64,000 nucleotides of DNA from Lytechinus pictus (Eukaryota), in NCBI RefSeq assembly GCF_037042905.1, contig NC_087250.1, forward strand, positions 20,028,001 to 20,092,000, given 5' to 3'. The notes beneath the pieces were generated by a model. That model did no database searches. It was given only the letters and a program-made list of their open reading frames with translations, and was not told the DNA's origin. This document shows positions 14,461 to 26,563 of this stretch, one piece after another (position 1 is the stretch's first letter; every line of letters begins with the position of its first letter). The position numbers and the translations under genes were made by a program.

Positions 14461-14777
14461 CTTTCTCTATCTTTTGGAAGTTTAGAGATCCGAATGTCTA
14501 CGTCAGAACACAACTTTATTTCGATGTCAAATTGATCTTGAAAATATTATTTTTTTTCCAAGGATTTTTGTTATAGAGGATAAAATTGACAATGCACAAA
14601 TGTTTTGTTATATCCGTGTTTTCCAAGTTACAGTGATCAAACATTGATTTATGTGCCAACTCATGCACCCTTGATTTTCTTTATGCTTCCGTCTTTTGTA
14701 TGTTTGAATAGATCTCAAACATGAATTTCTTCGTGAGAAACAGCCTTAATTTTCGTTTCTCTGTACTTTTTTGTCAG

Positions 14778-14930
14778 TTTAAAGAGATCAACCGTGCGCA
14801 TAAAGTGCTGATTGATGAGAAGAAAAGAAAAATCTACGACGAATATGGGTCGATGGGTCTTTACATTGCAGACACAGTCGGTGATGATTATGTGGGACTC
14901 TACTTTATGTTCGATAGCAAATGCTTCAAG
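14778..14930 (+). CDS. DNAJC5: DNAJC5-like exon 4 (end of J domain and linker)
   Basis: tgtcAG acceptor; FKEINRAHKVLIDEKKRKIYDEYGSMGLYIADTVGDDYVGLYFMFDSKCFK; GTACGT donor. YD.YGS.GLY is typical of CSP. Confidence 0.95.
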
Positions 14931-15089
14931 GTACGTATATATAGCCGATAGAGATATAAAGAGAGGGGTGAGGGAAAAGAGATTTGGGGGGGGGGGTGAG
15001 AAAGAAAGGATAACTAGATAAATAAGAGGAAACAAAGAGAGTTGGAGAGAAACAGAGGAGGAGGAAGAAAGAGAAGATGAAGAAAAAGT

Positions 15090-15378
15090 GGAGCGTTGTG
15101 GCCCAGTGGATTAGTCTTCTGACTTTGAAACAGAGGGTCGTGGGTTCGAATCCCAGCCATGGCGTAATTTCCTTCAGCAAGAAATTTACCCACACTGTGC
15201 TGCACTCTACCCAGGTGAGGTGAATGGGTACCCGGTAGGAAGAAATTCCTTGAATGCTTTGAGCGCCTAGGCAGCCCAGCTAAAGCCGGGGTTATAATAA
15301 TAGCTGGGCCCACTGGTAAAACAGTTTTCGAAACTGAAGTGGCTTCCCTGGGTAAATATACCTATATTATTATTATTA
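15090..15378 (+). mobile_element. tRNA-derived SINE
   Basis: A box TGGCCCAGTGG, B box GGTTCGAATCC, body ...CCCAGGTGAGGTGAATGGGTACC..., (TAT)n tail. Confidence 0.85.
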
Positions 15379-15394
15379 CTTTTTGTTATTACTA

Positions 15395-15590
15395 AGAGGA
15401 GGATGGAGAGCAGGAGAAAGGGAACTAGAGGAAGTAGAAGAAGAGAAGAAGAAGGAGGAGGAGGAGAATAAGAAGAATTAAGAAGAAGAAGAAAGAAAGA
15501 GAAGAAGAGGAGAAGGTAGAGAAGAAAAAAAGAGGAGAAGGAGGATGAAGAGGAGAGGGAGGAGAAAGAAATAGATAGAGGTAATAAGAA
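15395..15590. repeat. (GAA/GGA)n purine tract
   Basis: Seen directly. Confidence 0.9.
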
Positions 15591-15897
15591 GCAGGTTGCT
15601 GCGCCAAGATGGGATGCCCACCCCCCTGGAAGTTAGCTTGGCATATGATATAGTGTTGAGACTTGACCCCAAAAAGACACGTACATTCTAAGTCTTTGTT
15701 TGTTTGTTTATTTTGCTTGTCAAATTTAGTTTGATCAAAATCACCCTAAATGGGAGTGGAAACCCTTTTCAGGGAGGGGGGGGGGGGTGTGGCCGGGGGC
15801 GTTTCAAAGTTTAATAAAAATCAACACCCCTCTTAAGAAATAGTTCCGACAGCCCTGATATGAAAAAGACAGAAAATGAATATATCAAAAGGATATA

Positions 15898-16703
15898 CAG
15901 TGCGTCCCAGAAAAAACGAAACCGAGATTAAGCGATGATTTATCATAACTTAATCACAAATACAATAGACAAATGACCTACCAATTTAAAGCTTAGAATC
16001 TCCTCTTTCATCTAATATTACTTAGATTATTCCCCATTCACGCATGAGTGAGCAAAAACAATTTGAAGAAAGGATACCAAAAACTCATTTGGCGGGGGGT
16101 ATCTGAATTTCAAAAAGAAAATCAAATGCCTAAAAAGTTCAATATCTGCTCTTTTATTTGATACCTTAATCACAAAAATTGGTCAAGAAGTAAAAAAGTT
16201 ATGTTCCCTCGAAACAATGCTTGTATTTCCATAATTTCATTAAATAAACGGTTTTCACCGGTTTCCCACATAAGCTATCGCACGGTTAACAAAAGACTTA
16301 ATGCATGGCTGATCGTCAACAAAACGGAGTGTCGAGTGAGTTTGATCGCTAGCCTGTAAAACCTCTTAATTTTATGAAATTATTGAAATTCAAGCCTTAT
16401 TTCAAATAACCAGAACTTTGTTATTTCTTGACCATTTTCTGTAATTGAAGAGCAGATATTGAACTTTTAAAAAATGTGATTTTCTTTTTGAAACCCAGAT
16501 ACAGCCCGCCAAATGACTTTTTGGTATCCCCTCTTCAAATTGTTTTTGCTCACTCATGCGTGAATGAGAAATAATCTAAGTAATTTCAGATGAAAGAGGA
16601 GATTCTAAGCTTTACAATGGTAGGTCATTTGTCTATTGTATTTGTGATTAAGTTATGATAAATCATCGATAAATCACGGTTTCATTTTTTGTGGGACGCA
16701 CTG
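15898..16703. mobile_element. Tc1/mariner-type MITE with ~300-bp inverted arms; related termini at 5538-6069
   Basis: TA|CAGTGCGTCCCA...TGGGACGCACTG|TA. Confidence 0.85.
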
Positions 16704-16984
16704 TATAGGTTAGACCAATTCTTTAAAAAGGCATAAATAAGTTCAATAACGTGAACCACTGTAAAGAAAAAGTATTGTGAGGGCAGCAGAACGGGAATCA
16801 TTCATTGATTTTTAAAATATAAATTTCCGATCACTATAATGTAGGCAGAAGACGAGGATGGGTATTTCAAGTGGTTTTGCAAAAAAGAAAAAAAAAATCC
16901 TATCGACACAAATAACTTCCTAATCGCGCCGCCTGCAGATTTCTGAGGAAATGCTTGACTTCTGTTTATTCTGTTTACGTTAAC

Positions 16985-17220
16985 TCCCGTAGGAACTCAG
17001 CAGGGCAGCATTTTTTTTATGGTAAACGCCAAGCTGGTATATAACCAATAACAGAGGAAACATTTTACGTCTTGGTTCATCAGTCATCGTGGCTGATTTT
17101 ACAGACGACAGATATTACTCTTGGGCCTTTTTATCAAAGTGGAAACAAGAGCAGAGTGGGGATTCGAACTCACAACCTTGCGATTATGAGTCCAATGCTC
17201 TAATCACTGGACCACATGAC
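16985..17220 (-). mobile_element. tRNA-derived SINE (diverged)
   Basis: Minus strand TGGTCCAGTGATTAGAGC...GAGTTCGAATCCC; 3' boundary approximate. Confidence 0.6.
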
Positions 17221-17355
17221 TTGTCATTGATCAAAACAAAAATACCAATCAAGATGAAAGTTAAACATGCATGCTGGGGGAGGGGTAGAATTAATGAAAA
17301 TTATCTTTGCATCTGATCGATAATTCATATTTTTTATTCATTTTTCCTTTAACAG

Positions 17356-17490
17356 ATCACTACAGTAATATGCTGCATAGTTACAGGTTGCTGTTGTTGT
17401 TGCTGTTGTTTCTTTTGTTTCTGTGGATGCTGTGGATTATGTAGTAAATGTCGACCGTCAGACGATGATGAGGAGATCTCGGAGGTAGAG
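17356..17490 (+). CDS. DNAJC5: DNAJC5-like exon 5 (cysteine string)
   Basis: taacAG acceptor; ITTVICCIVTGCCCCCCCFFCFCGCCGLCSKCRPSDDDEEISEVE (15 Cys). GTCAGT donor at 17491; an in-frame alternative GT at 17485 is possible. Confidence 0.93.
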
Positions 17491-17497
17491 GTCAGTT

Positions 17498-17571
17498 TAT
17501 TATTATTATTATCATCATCATCATCACCATCATCATTATCATCATTATCATCTTCATCATCATCATCTTCA

Positions 17572-17602
<31 letters not shown>

Positions 17603-17873
17603 CGTTGTTGTTGTTATTATTATTATTCTTGTTGTTATTATTATTATTGTTATTATTATTATTACTATTTTTACTATTAATAATTATATTATTATTATCA
17701 TCATCATTATTATCATTACCATTATGTTTATACTATTATAGTAGTATATTAGTAGTATGTTAGTAGTGTAGTAGTAGTAGTAGTAAATGTAGTAGTAGTA
17801 GTAGTAGTAATAGTAGTACATGTAGTAGTAGTACATGTAGTAGTAGTAGTAGTAGTACATGTAGTATTAGTAT

Positions 17874-17908
<35 letters not shown>

Positions 17909-18000
17909 ATAGTAGTAGTGGAACTCACTATCATTATCATGATCACCATCACCACCATCACCATCACCACCACCACCATCATTATTATCACTATTATAAT
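17498..18000. repeat. Compound (ATT)/(CAT)/(GTA)/(CAC) microsatellite in DNAJC5 intron 5
   Basis: Seen directly. Confidence 0.95.
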
Positions 18001-18334
18001 GATGATCTTATCTATTCTTATAGTTTTATCATTATCACCAGTATCAACATGATTGTTATATCAGCAGTCAAATCGTAATTAAGTTACTAATTGTCAAAAT
18101 GTGATTATAGGGCTGTAGAAAATTCTAATTAATTTGTTTGTATACCATTACAAGGTCAGATATAGCTCATTCAGCACACAACCATGCAATGTGTAATCTT
18201 ACGTAAAAAAAAAACCTGCAGAATTTACAAGTATATCCCCATAAAATCTTACTTCAATAAACAATTGGGCAGTCTTTTCAAGTCTGTATACATTGACCTT
18301 GGAATACCTACATTATACTGTCTTGTAATTTCAG

Positions 18335-18427
18335 GGTTCTGATGGAGAGGATGATAAGCCCATTAGTACACAGCCTCAAGCCGCGCAGGGAGTGGAGAAT
18401 GTCGTATTCGCTATGCCTGACTCGTAA
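18335..18427 (+). CDS. DNAJC5: DNAJC5-like terminal exon
   Basis: tttcAG acceptor; GSDGEDDKPISTQPQAAQGVENVVFAMPDS*. The PI..QP and FAMP motifs resemble CSP C-termini. Spliced CDS 669 nt = 222 aa + stop. Confidence 0.88.
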   Translation, partial: GSDGEDDKPISTQPQAAQGVENVVFAMPDS

Positions 18428-18477
18428 TCCACGGACAAAGGACAGAAATATATAGTTACACACCAGTGAAATCACCA

Positions 18478-18714
18478 TACTCTGTAAAAACTGTGGTGTT
18501 AAAACTGACACCAGTTGGCGTTAATAGAGGACCACAACCTATGGTGCTAAAAATTAAACCCTAGAGATTGAACATAACACCAAACAGTGTAAATGTAACA
18601 ACCAAAGGTGTTGAAATAAAACCTATAGGTGTTAAACTAACATTGTCAATCTAACACCGGTGTAAAATAACTGGTGTGGTCCTCTATCCGGTTAGCACCA
18701 CAGTTTTTGCTGTG
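18478..18714. mobile_element. CAC-ended MITE just after the DNAJC5 stop; inverted relative at 20862-21085
   Basis: TIR ..AAAAACTGTGGTGTTAA; internal ACACC repeats. Confidence 0.7.
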
Positions 18715-21700
18715 TACTGTTTCTATCTATACTGTAGAATGTTTCTCAATTCGGTCTTGAGGATGACCTTGTTACAGGGAGGCACTGCATGGGGCAGGCT
18801 TGGGGGTGATTGCCCTATGTGAGTTTTTGTTGGTAGGACCTAGTGAATGATAAAACAATACAGTAAACGGGATACAGTGGCTTGTATTCTGATAAAATTA
18901 TGGGGAGCCCAAAATTCAGTTTATATTGTATATTTCTTATGTTTACTATTTTGTTTCATTTTGCATTCATAACAAAGAAAACTACTTCAGTTCCCATTCC
19001 CAGGCAATTATGAACAATTCGGGTGTCAAATGTGTTAATAAATTGAATGTGTACTGTTAGGTATTTGTGCTCCTATTGGCTCTTCATAGTTAAACCACAA
19101 CTTTAAACCAGGGTTTAATTTAAAATCGAGTTCAGAATACGGGCCAGTCGAAGAAAAGGAAAGAGGGGAAAGGAATGGTATGAATAGAGGTAATTGGTCA
19201 TGCAACTCTCTATACTACACCTGTTATTCAACGGATACAAAAATGGCGTCATATTTAGAGCCCCCCCCCCCTCTTCCTTCCATACCAAAAACACCCTTGC
19301 ATCACCCCTGCCTATATATACCATGTTTGATGAAATTCCTTTTACTTCATTCTTTTAATCAACAATGTTGCCGATCTCTGTGTAGTATTATACTGATACA
19401 ATAATTTTCTGAAATAATTATCATCATAGCAACTTGGTGAATTAAACAGTAATATCTTTATGCTGTACATATTTTTAATTTGAAAAAAAAAATCGTTAAA
19501 AATCGCAAGATGTCGAATTCTTCTGAGGCCTAATGGGCATATTAAGAATTTTATATTATAATGTCTTCTGTTTTTTATACATTGTAAAAAGTAGACTCTA
19601 ATACTATATGGAATTATTTTTATAATATGTACTTAATCTGCTTGCTCGCATAAAAGGGGAGAAACTATTTTCATATTTAAAAATATATATAATGTACTTT
19701 CATATTAACGTTTTCTCTTTCTCTTTATATCCCGAATTACATGATTATAAAAGACTTATTTCAAAATGCCTTTGTACTCTACAGTAGAATATAGCATTTC
19801 TCCTGGGTATTCTCTTTATGAAGATGAAAATGGTAATAATATACTCCAGAATATATGGCATACAATTTACGATTCAAAGGGTATGATGATGAGTAGCCTG
19901 CTGGTTTATCTGTATGGCGAAAATTTTGGAATAAAAAGAATAAAATTTCAATGTACATTTACAGTAGGCCGCCTATATATTGCCTCGGCAATATTGAAAC
20001 AACACCAGTTTGGAATCAAACCGATGCTGTTTAATACTAATTGGTGTTGTATAAACACATATCTGGTGTTAGACCAAAACAGAACTGGTGTTGTTTAACA
20101 CTACTCTAGTGTGGACATAATAGATTCCAGGCTGGTGCTAAATCAACACCGGAGTTTTTGCAGTGTAACCCCTTCCTGATAAACTCTGTATATTGAGAAT
20201 CGTTAATTGAATGATCCATCGAAATGATACTAGAATTATGATACTTGAAACTACTTTGGCAGCATATTTCACTTCATTATACCAAGTCGCCATTTCCAAG
20301 CATTCGAAAGAAAATAAGAATCAAAGTTAAGTTGCGCATGTACCACGGAGTGTTTTTTATTTTTAATTATAATATTATATAATGTATAAAATGTGCTTCC
20401 AGTGTCTGTGTTTTTGTGTGCAACACAATAGCGTAACTAAGGGGGGGGGGGGGCAGGGATGCAGACTGCCCCCCTGACGAGTCACAACTCATGCAGGGGA
20501 CCTATCCCTGCCCCCCCCCCCCCCACCTGACGAGTGACATTTGGTAAGAAATCCCTTTTTTTGTTTGAAGACCATTTTTTATCTTTTGCTTGTCAATTTT
20601 TTTGTGGTAAGAAATCCTTAATTTGTGGTTGAAGACCTTTTTTTTTTGCTTGTCAAATTTTTTCGCGGACGAAATATCCTCCACAAAATTTGCCCCCTTC
20701 TGGAAAATCCTAGGTACGCCAGTGGTGCAAGATTATATATTATCTATTTTCTAAGCCATGAAAACGTGTGTTTTTTTAGTGAAACATAATTATATGGTAT
20801 AAAATTATGATTAAAAAAAAATCCATATCAGAAAGAGAGAGAGAGTTAAGAGAGCATACTACACAGCAAAAACTGTGGTGTTAACCGGTGTACATAGAGG
20901 ACCACACCAGTTATTTTACAACGGTGTTAAATTGACAAAGTTCGTGTAACACCTACAGGTGTTATTACAACACCTTTGGTTCTTACATTCTTTGGTGTTA
21001 TGTTATGTTATGTTATGTTATCTCTAGGGTGTAATTTTAACATCTGAGGGTGTGGTCCTCTATTAACACCACAGTTTTGACAGTGTGCAGAATACGGCAA
21101 GAAATAGGAGCTCAGCAATGACAATTGTGAGTCGTTCAATCAAGTAATTCAGATATTGTTTGGTTAGATATTATTTTCATTACTTTCATATTAAAAAAAG
21201 GTGCTTAAACTCTATTATTGTGCTCGCACTTCGCGCTCGCATTATAAGACTGCACTGCAAAAACTCTGGTGTTGATTTAACACCAACCCGGAATCTACAT
21301 GTATATATGTCCACACCAGAGAAGTGTTAAACAACACCAATTTCGTTTTGGTCTAACACCAGATAGGTGTTTATACAACACCAATTAGTAGTAAAACAGC
21401 ATCGGTTTGATTACAAACTGGTGTTGTTTCAATACTTCTCTGGCGTGGACATAATTATGTAGATTCCGGGCTGGTGTTAAATCAACACCGGAGTTTTTGC
21501 AGTGTGGTGACATACATATTATTTTAATGAGTCACTGGAAACCATCATTAACGGATCGCTTTTCAGATCAGTATATATAAAAATTTTCAGCTCATTCTCG
21601 CAATATCCTCTGATGAGTCATTGCAAATTGTAATTACCAGGGGCCTTTTTCAGATCAGTGTATTGACATCTTTAGCTCGCGCTTCGCGCTCGCATTAATT

Positions 21701-22747
21701 ATTTAGTTAGATACATACCTTGTGCATGATTATAAAATACTACTTAGAATATTAAATATCATATCATTATACATGAAATATGAAGAACGAAATTGGATCG
21801 CGTTTCCGAGTTCGCGTTATTTCCCGCCTTATCTCTTGTTATCTTGTGTGTAAGAAAAAAACTTAAAATGTTAAAACTTCAGTCTTTTGAGAGGAATGCC
21901 CCCTTGAAAAAAAAAGCAATCGGCGGCCAAAGGGGGAAAATTTGAAGTTTCAAGATTATTTCTCTGATTTCAAATCCAAACATAAAGGATTACAATCAAA
22001 TAAAATCAACAAATTTTAACAAATTATCAAACAAAAGTTACATTGATAAATTATTTTTTAGCAATAAACAGAGTCACATATTAAACAAAACGGAAAAGGG
22101 AAAAGAACATAACAAAATAGAGCAAAAGAAGAAATGAAACAAAGGACTGTCAGAAATTGTTTGACTCCACTATCTGTCACTTTACAGGGCATAATTATAA
22201 ACAAAACAATCATCAGGTACTTATTTTTCGTTCTGATTATCAACTCCATAATTTGTTAAATATTTGTAATTGCGCCAATTTGAGGCCATGCTATTAATAT
22301 ACTTGGATCGCAAATCATATATTTTATTTATTCCAGTGAACCGATGCATATTTTAAACATATCCGTTTCTTTGGGCGCTAACAAAAACTTAAATTTTCAA
22401 CATCATTGTATTCAATGAGATCTGGTATTACGTGTTTTATCTTGTCAATCAAATTGGTACTGGGATTATCGAGATTTTTTTCATTGGGTATTAAAGTGAT
22501 AATGAAAATATTCTTCTGCCAACTCCTGCCCCTCCCTCCATCGGCGAAAGCTGGATCCGCCCCTGGGTATATGGATTTTTAACTTGCACACACTGTTAAT
22601 AAAAACCCTGATTTTACAGGGGAAAAAAGAAGATTTTGCAGAAAGCAATAACAGAATCATTCTGTCAATTCATAAAACAGGAATTTTTCTGCAATTTAAC
22701 AGAACAGGTCTGTTTAAAAAGAGGGAAAGGGGGTTTTATTTAAGGAA

Positions 22748-23930
22748 ATTGTTTACAGTAAAGTTAAGTGTGAAGTGAGGTCAGGTGTGGGGGATGAGTT
22801 TATTAGAGGGTGAAGAGGGTCGTTTATTGGTCGGCGTTTATACCACGTGGTCTTAATGTTTTGAGTTTGTGTATCCAATGAGATTCCCTTTTAATGATGG
22901 TGTCGTGTTTCTTGTTTTTTACTATTTTGATGGCAGTGATGTTAATGTTGTGTACTGTATGTCCGTTTACTTACTAGTAAACGCTAAATCACCACAAATG
23001 GAAACAGAAAATCACAACGGAAACAACCAAACAAATAATCATAACACCAGTGACACGACATGCACCTTTATCACAGACACGTCAACACCAGAGCTAGGGT
23101 TCTACAAATACAAAGCAAAAAAATGTTCACTTCACCATCACATCCAAGAAACAACCACATTCACAAGTTCAGTCACTGGACAAAAATTCAACATACGCGA
23201 TCACATAAACTGCAAATCCTCATGGGTCATCTACTTCCTAACATGCACTAAATGCAACATGCAATACGTTGGAAAGACTGAAACAACACTATACACACGA
23301 CTAAATAACACTAGATCAGAAGTAACTTATTACAACAAAAACAAACCCAACAGCAAAACCCTCCCATACACCATACATTTTAACCTTCCCGGGCATACAG
23401 TACACAACATTAACATCACTGCCATCGAAATAGTAAAAAACAAGAAACACGACACCATCATGAAAAGGGAATCTCATTGGATACACAAACTCAAAACATT
23501 AAGACCACGTGGTATAAACGCCGACCAATAAACGACCCTCTTCTCCCTCTAATTAACTCATCCCCACACACCTGACCTCACTTCACACTTAACTTTACTG
23601 TCAACAATGCACTATATACTTACGGACCTTACGGTAACTATATATTCTATACTTCGTTACATATTGACTCACCATTACCTTATATGAATAATTGGTTATT
23701 ATTTATGGACTATAATTACTTATCTCCGTTATATATGGCATTGTATATTATCATTGTTATTAGTAGGCCTATATTTTGTATTTTATATATTGGTTTAGAT
23801 CCTGATGAAGGGCATGTGTCCGAAAGCTTGATGAAGACAGGTATTGACCTTGCTACGGCCCTCTCCATACTCTTGATCTCGAATATAATTATGAAGGAGA
23901 CACGTACACGTACATCGCCAAGATTGATCA
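22748..23930 (+). mobile_element. 5'-truncated Penelope-like element (GIY-YIG endonuclease end) with inverted terminal copy
   Basis: ORF ending at 23531 has CKSSWVIYFLTCTKCNMQYVGKT...RLNN...HF...H...RESHWIHKLKTLRPRGIN. 22748-22965 is an inverted copy of 23390-23608. The element runs into (CA)n(TA)n. Confidence 0.88.
23798..23832 (+). ncRNA. Minimal type I hammerhead ribozyme in the Penelope 3' region
   Basis: ATC-CTGATGA-A-GGGC(ATGT)GTCC-GAAA-GCT-T-GAT: both core boxes, stem II, palindromic AGCT stem III, 3-bp stem I. Confidence 0.65.
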
Positions 23931-23948
23931 CACACACACACACACCCT

Positions 23949-24043
<95 letters not shown>

Positions 24044-25203
24044 ACATATATATATTTATATACATAACATCACACTTTGCGTTCGCATTATTTATTTAGG
24101 CCCTGTGAGATACCTTCATTGTGTTTTTGAGAATAAATTTAAGATTTTCTGTAACTTTCGTCTGTAGACCGTAACAATTATCTTGGTGCCCCCTACCAAA
24201 GTTTAAGCCGCCCCCCCCCGTGCGCCCCTGCTGAATAAATCCCAGCTACTCAACTGATGAGGAGATTAAGTCGTTTGCCTCCGAGATTGCACTATTTCCA
24301 ATAGGTTATCAATAACATTATTGAAGAAAATTCTAAAACGATTCGTATGAAATGACAGCTCCCGCTCACACAATTCTAGTAAGCCGGGCCCCTCTATGAA
24401 ACCACCAATTGATTAAAACAGAAAATTAATGGATTTTTTTTTCATGAACACATATCATTAAAAAGAATCGGCATGCGTGTTACTCATGGCATAATCTAAG
24501 TTACTATAAGATCAACTTTCACGAGAAATCTCGTTACTAATTAATTATTGTTTCTTTTATTATTTTCTGTTTTTCAGTTTCACACAATCTCACCAGTTGT
24601 AATCGATTACCTGTACTGAACCAATTCATTAGAGCATGGATCTATGCTTATAGTTCAATTTCTATATTATATTTGTTTAATTTTCACAACTCATTAGCTA
24701 AAATTTAAGCATTTTATTTATATTACACATAATGATATATATTTTTAACATATTATATTATAATATAACAATGTAAATAAAAATTAATAACAATAAAAGC
24801 TATGCGATATTTACTAGCATAATTATTTATATAAGAGTATATATAATTTTAATATTCATACATCGATCATACTACGAAATTTAGCAAATTAACATTGGTA
24901 TTTTGGTAGTGGACTGCGTACGGTATGCATTCACTAATGTTAATACACTACTCAAAAAAACTTAAGGACCACTTTTTAAAACGTACATAAAGATTTTATA
25001 CAAGGTGTTTTATTTCTGGAAATACCTCAGTACAACTGTCCTAAATGTCCTTAAACACGCTGTAATCAATTTCACGCATGGGTGGTTTCAGTTGTTGCAC
25101 AATGTCTCTCGCATCACTGCACATCCTGAAAAGTGGGCCCCGAGGGGTATCAGCTACCGACATGAAGTGGTAAAAACGAATGTCTGAGTGTCTTTCAGGC
25201 AGT

Positions 25204-26232
25204 TCAGTAACGAGTGTGACCACCTCCTGCAGCAATAACGGCTTCACAGCGCTGTCTCATGGAGCTGATGAGGCGATTGATGTCTCTGACGTCCAGTGCA
25301 TCCCATGCAGCCTCCAGAGCCACACCCAGCTGCTGCAGTCCAAGTGGATGGGCTTCGAGCTGCTCGAGACTCCTCCCCATCATGTCCCAGACGTGCTCTA
25401 TCGGGTTTAAGTCCGGGGACCTCGCTGGCCACTTCATACGCTCAATCCCCTGGCCCTCAAGGAACTCGGTCACCACCCTAGCTCGGTGGGCACGGGCATT
25501 GTCATCCATGAAAATGATGTTTTGTCCCACATTTTCTGCAAATGGCACCACTATAGGTTCAAGGACCTCATCCCTGTACCTCACTCCTGTCATTGCTCCC
25601 CCTGGGACCACGTAGAGACGAGTACGGTTGGCGTAGGTGATGCCTCCCCACACCATGACGCTGCCTCCCCCATAACGGTCATGTTCTGCAATACAGGGGT
25701 CTGCAAATCTCTCTCCTGGTCGCCTCCAGACTCTCGAACGTCCATCATTGTGGTCAAGGGAAAATCTGCTCTCATCTGTGAACAGAACTCTACGCCATTG
25801 CTGTCTGGTCCATCTGACATGCTCCCGGGCCCAGTTGAGACGAATTCTTCTGTGAGCAGGGGTGAGTGGGACACACTGAGCTGGCCGTCTGGCATGCATA
25901 TTGGCTCTGTGAAGTCGGTTACGGATTGTTTGAGTGGAAACAATCACTCCAGTTGCTGCAGCGAAGTCATTGTTGAGGCGGCGTGCACTGTGAAAGCGGT
26001 TGCGGAGGCTGAGATTCGTCAAGTAGCGATCATCTCTAGGGGTTGTCGAAACTGGTCGGCCACTGCGGGGTCTCTCGGAGTATAGCCCTGTCTCTCGGTG
26101 TCTTTGATTTGCTCTGCTAATGACACTGTGTGACACGCCCATCATTCTGGCTACTCTTCGCTGACTGAGGCCAGCTTCCAGCATCCCTAGGGCTCTGGCT
26201 ACATCTGTTTCACTTAGGTGGTGTCTTGGCAT
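25204..26232 (-). CDS. Tc1-family transposase, left copy (342 aa from MPRHH)
   Basis: Paired-like HTH N-terminus with GRP; FTDE, DDNARAH and WPARSPDLNPIE motifs; 34 residues between second D and E. Confidence 0.93.
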   Translation of the reverse strand: MPRHHLSETDVARALGMLEAGLSQRRVARMMGVSHSVISRANQRHRETGLYSERPRSGRPVSTTPRDDRYLTNLSLRNRFHSARRLNNDFAAATGVIVSTQTIRNRLHRANMHARRPAQCVPLTPAHRRIRLNWAREHVRWTRQQWRRVLFTDESRFSLDHNDGRSRVWRRPGERFADPCIAEHDRYGGGSVMVWGGITYANRTRLYVVPGGAMTGVRYRDEVLEPIVVPFAENVGQNIIFMDDNARAHRARVVTEFLEGQGIERMKWPARSPDLNPIEHVWDMMGRSLEQLEAHPLGLQQLGVALEAAWDALDVRDINRLISSMRQRCEAVIAAGGGHTRY

Positions 26233-26563
26233 TGCTGTTGTAGGCAAGTTGTTGATTGTACAGACTAAAGACGGAAAATGCTTTGGAAGACACTTGTCTT
26301 ATGGCCCACTGCAATGATGCCAGAGACATCATGAAAGAACTGCATGTGTGAAATTGATGTCATTGTGTTTGATGGCATTCTGGACAGCTGTATCTTGGCA
26401 TTGCTATTGTCAGCAAGTTGTTGATTGTAGAGACTAAAGACAGAAAATGCTTTGGAAGCCACTTTTGTACGGGCACATTGCAATGATGCAAGAGACATGA
26501 AAGAACTGCACGTGTGAAATTGATTTCATTGTGTTTGATGGCATCCTGGACAGCTGGATAGCA

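Noticed and set aside
15090..15165. Possible tRNA-Gln gene
   Set aside because: Acceptor stem does not close and the sequence continues into a SINE body and tail
22869..22997. N-terminal part of the 220-aa ORF
   Set aside because: Read-through of the inverted repeat arm, not real coding sequence
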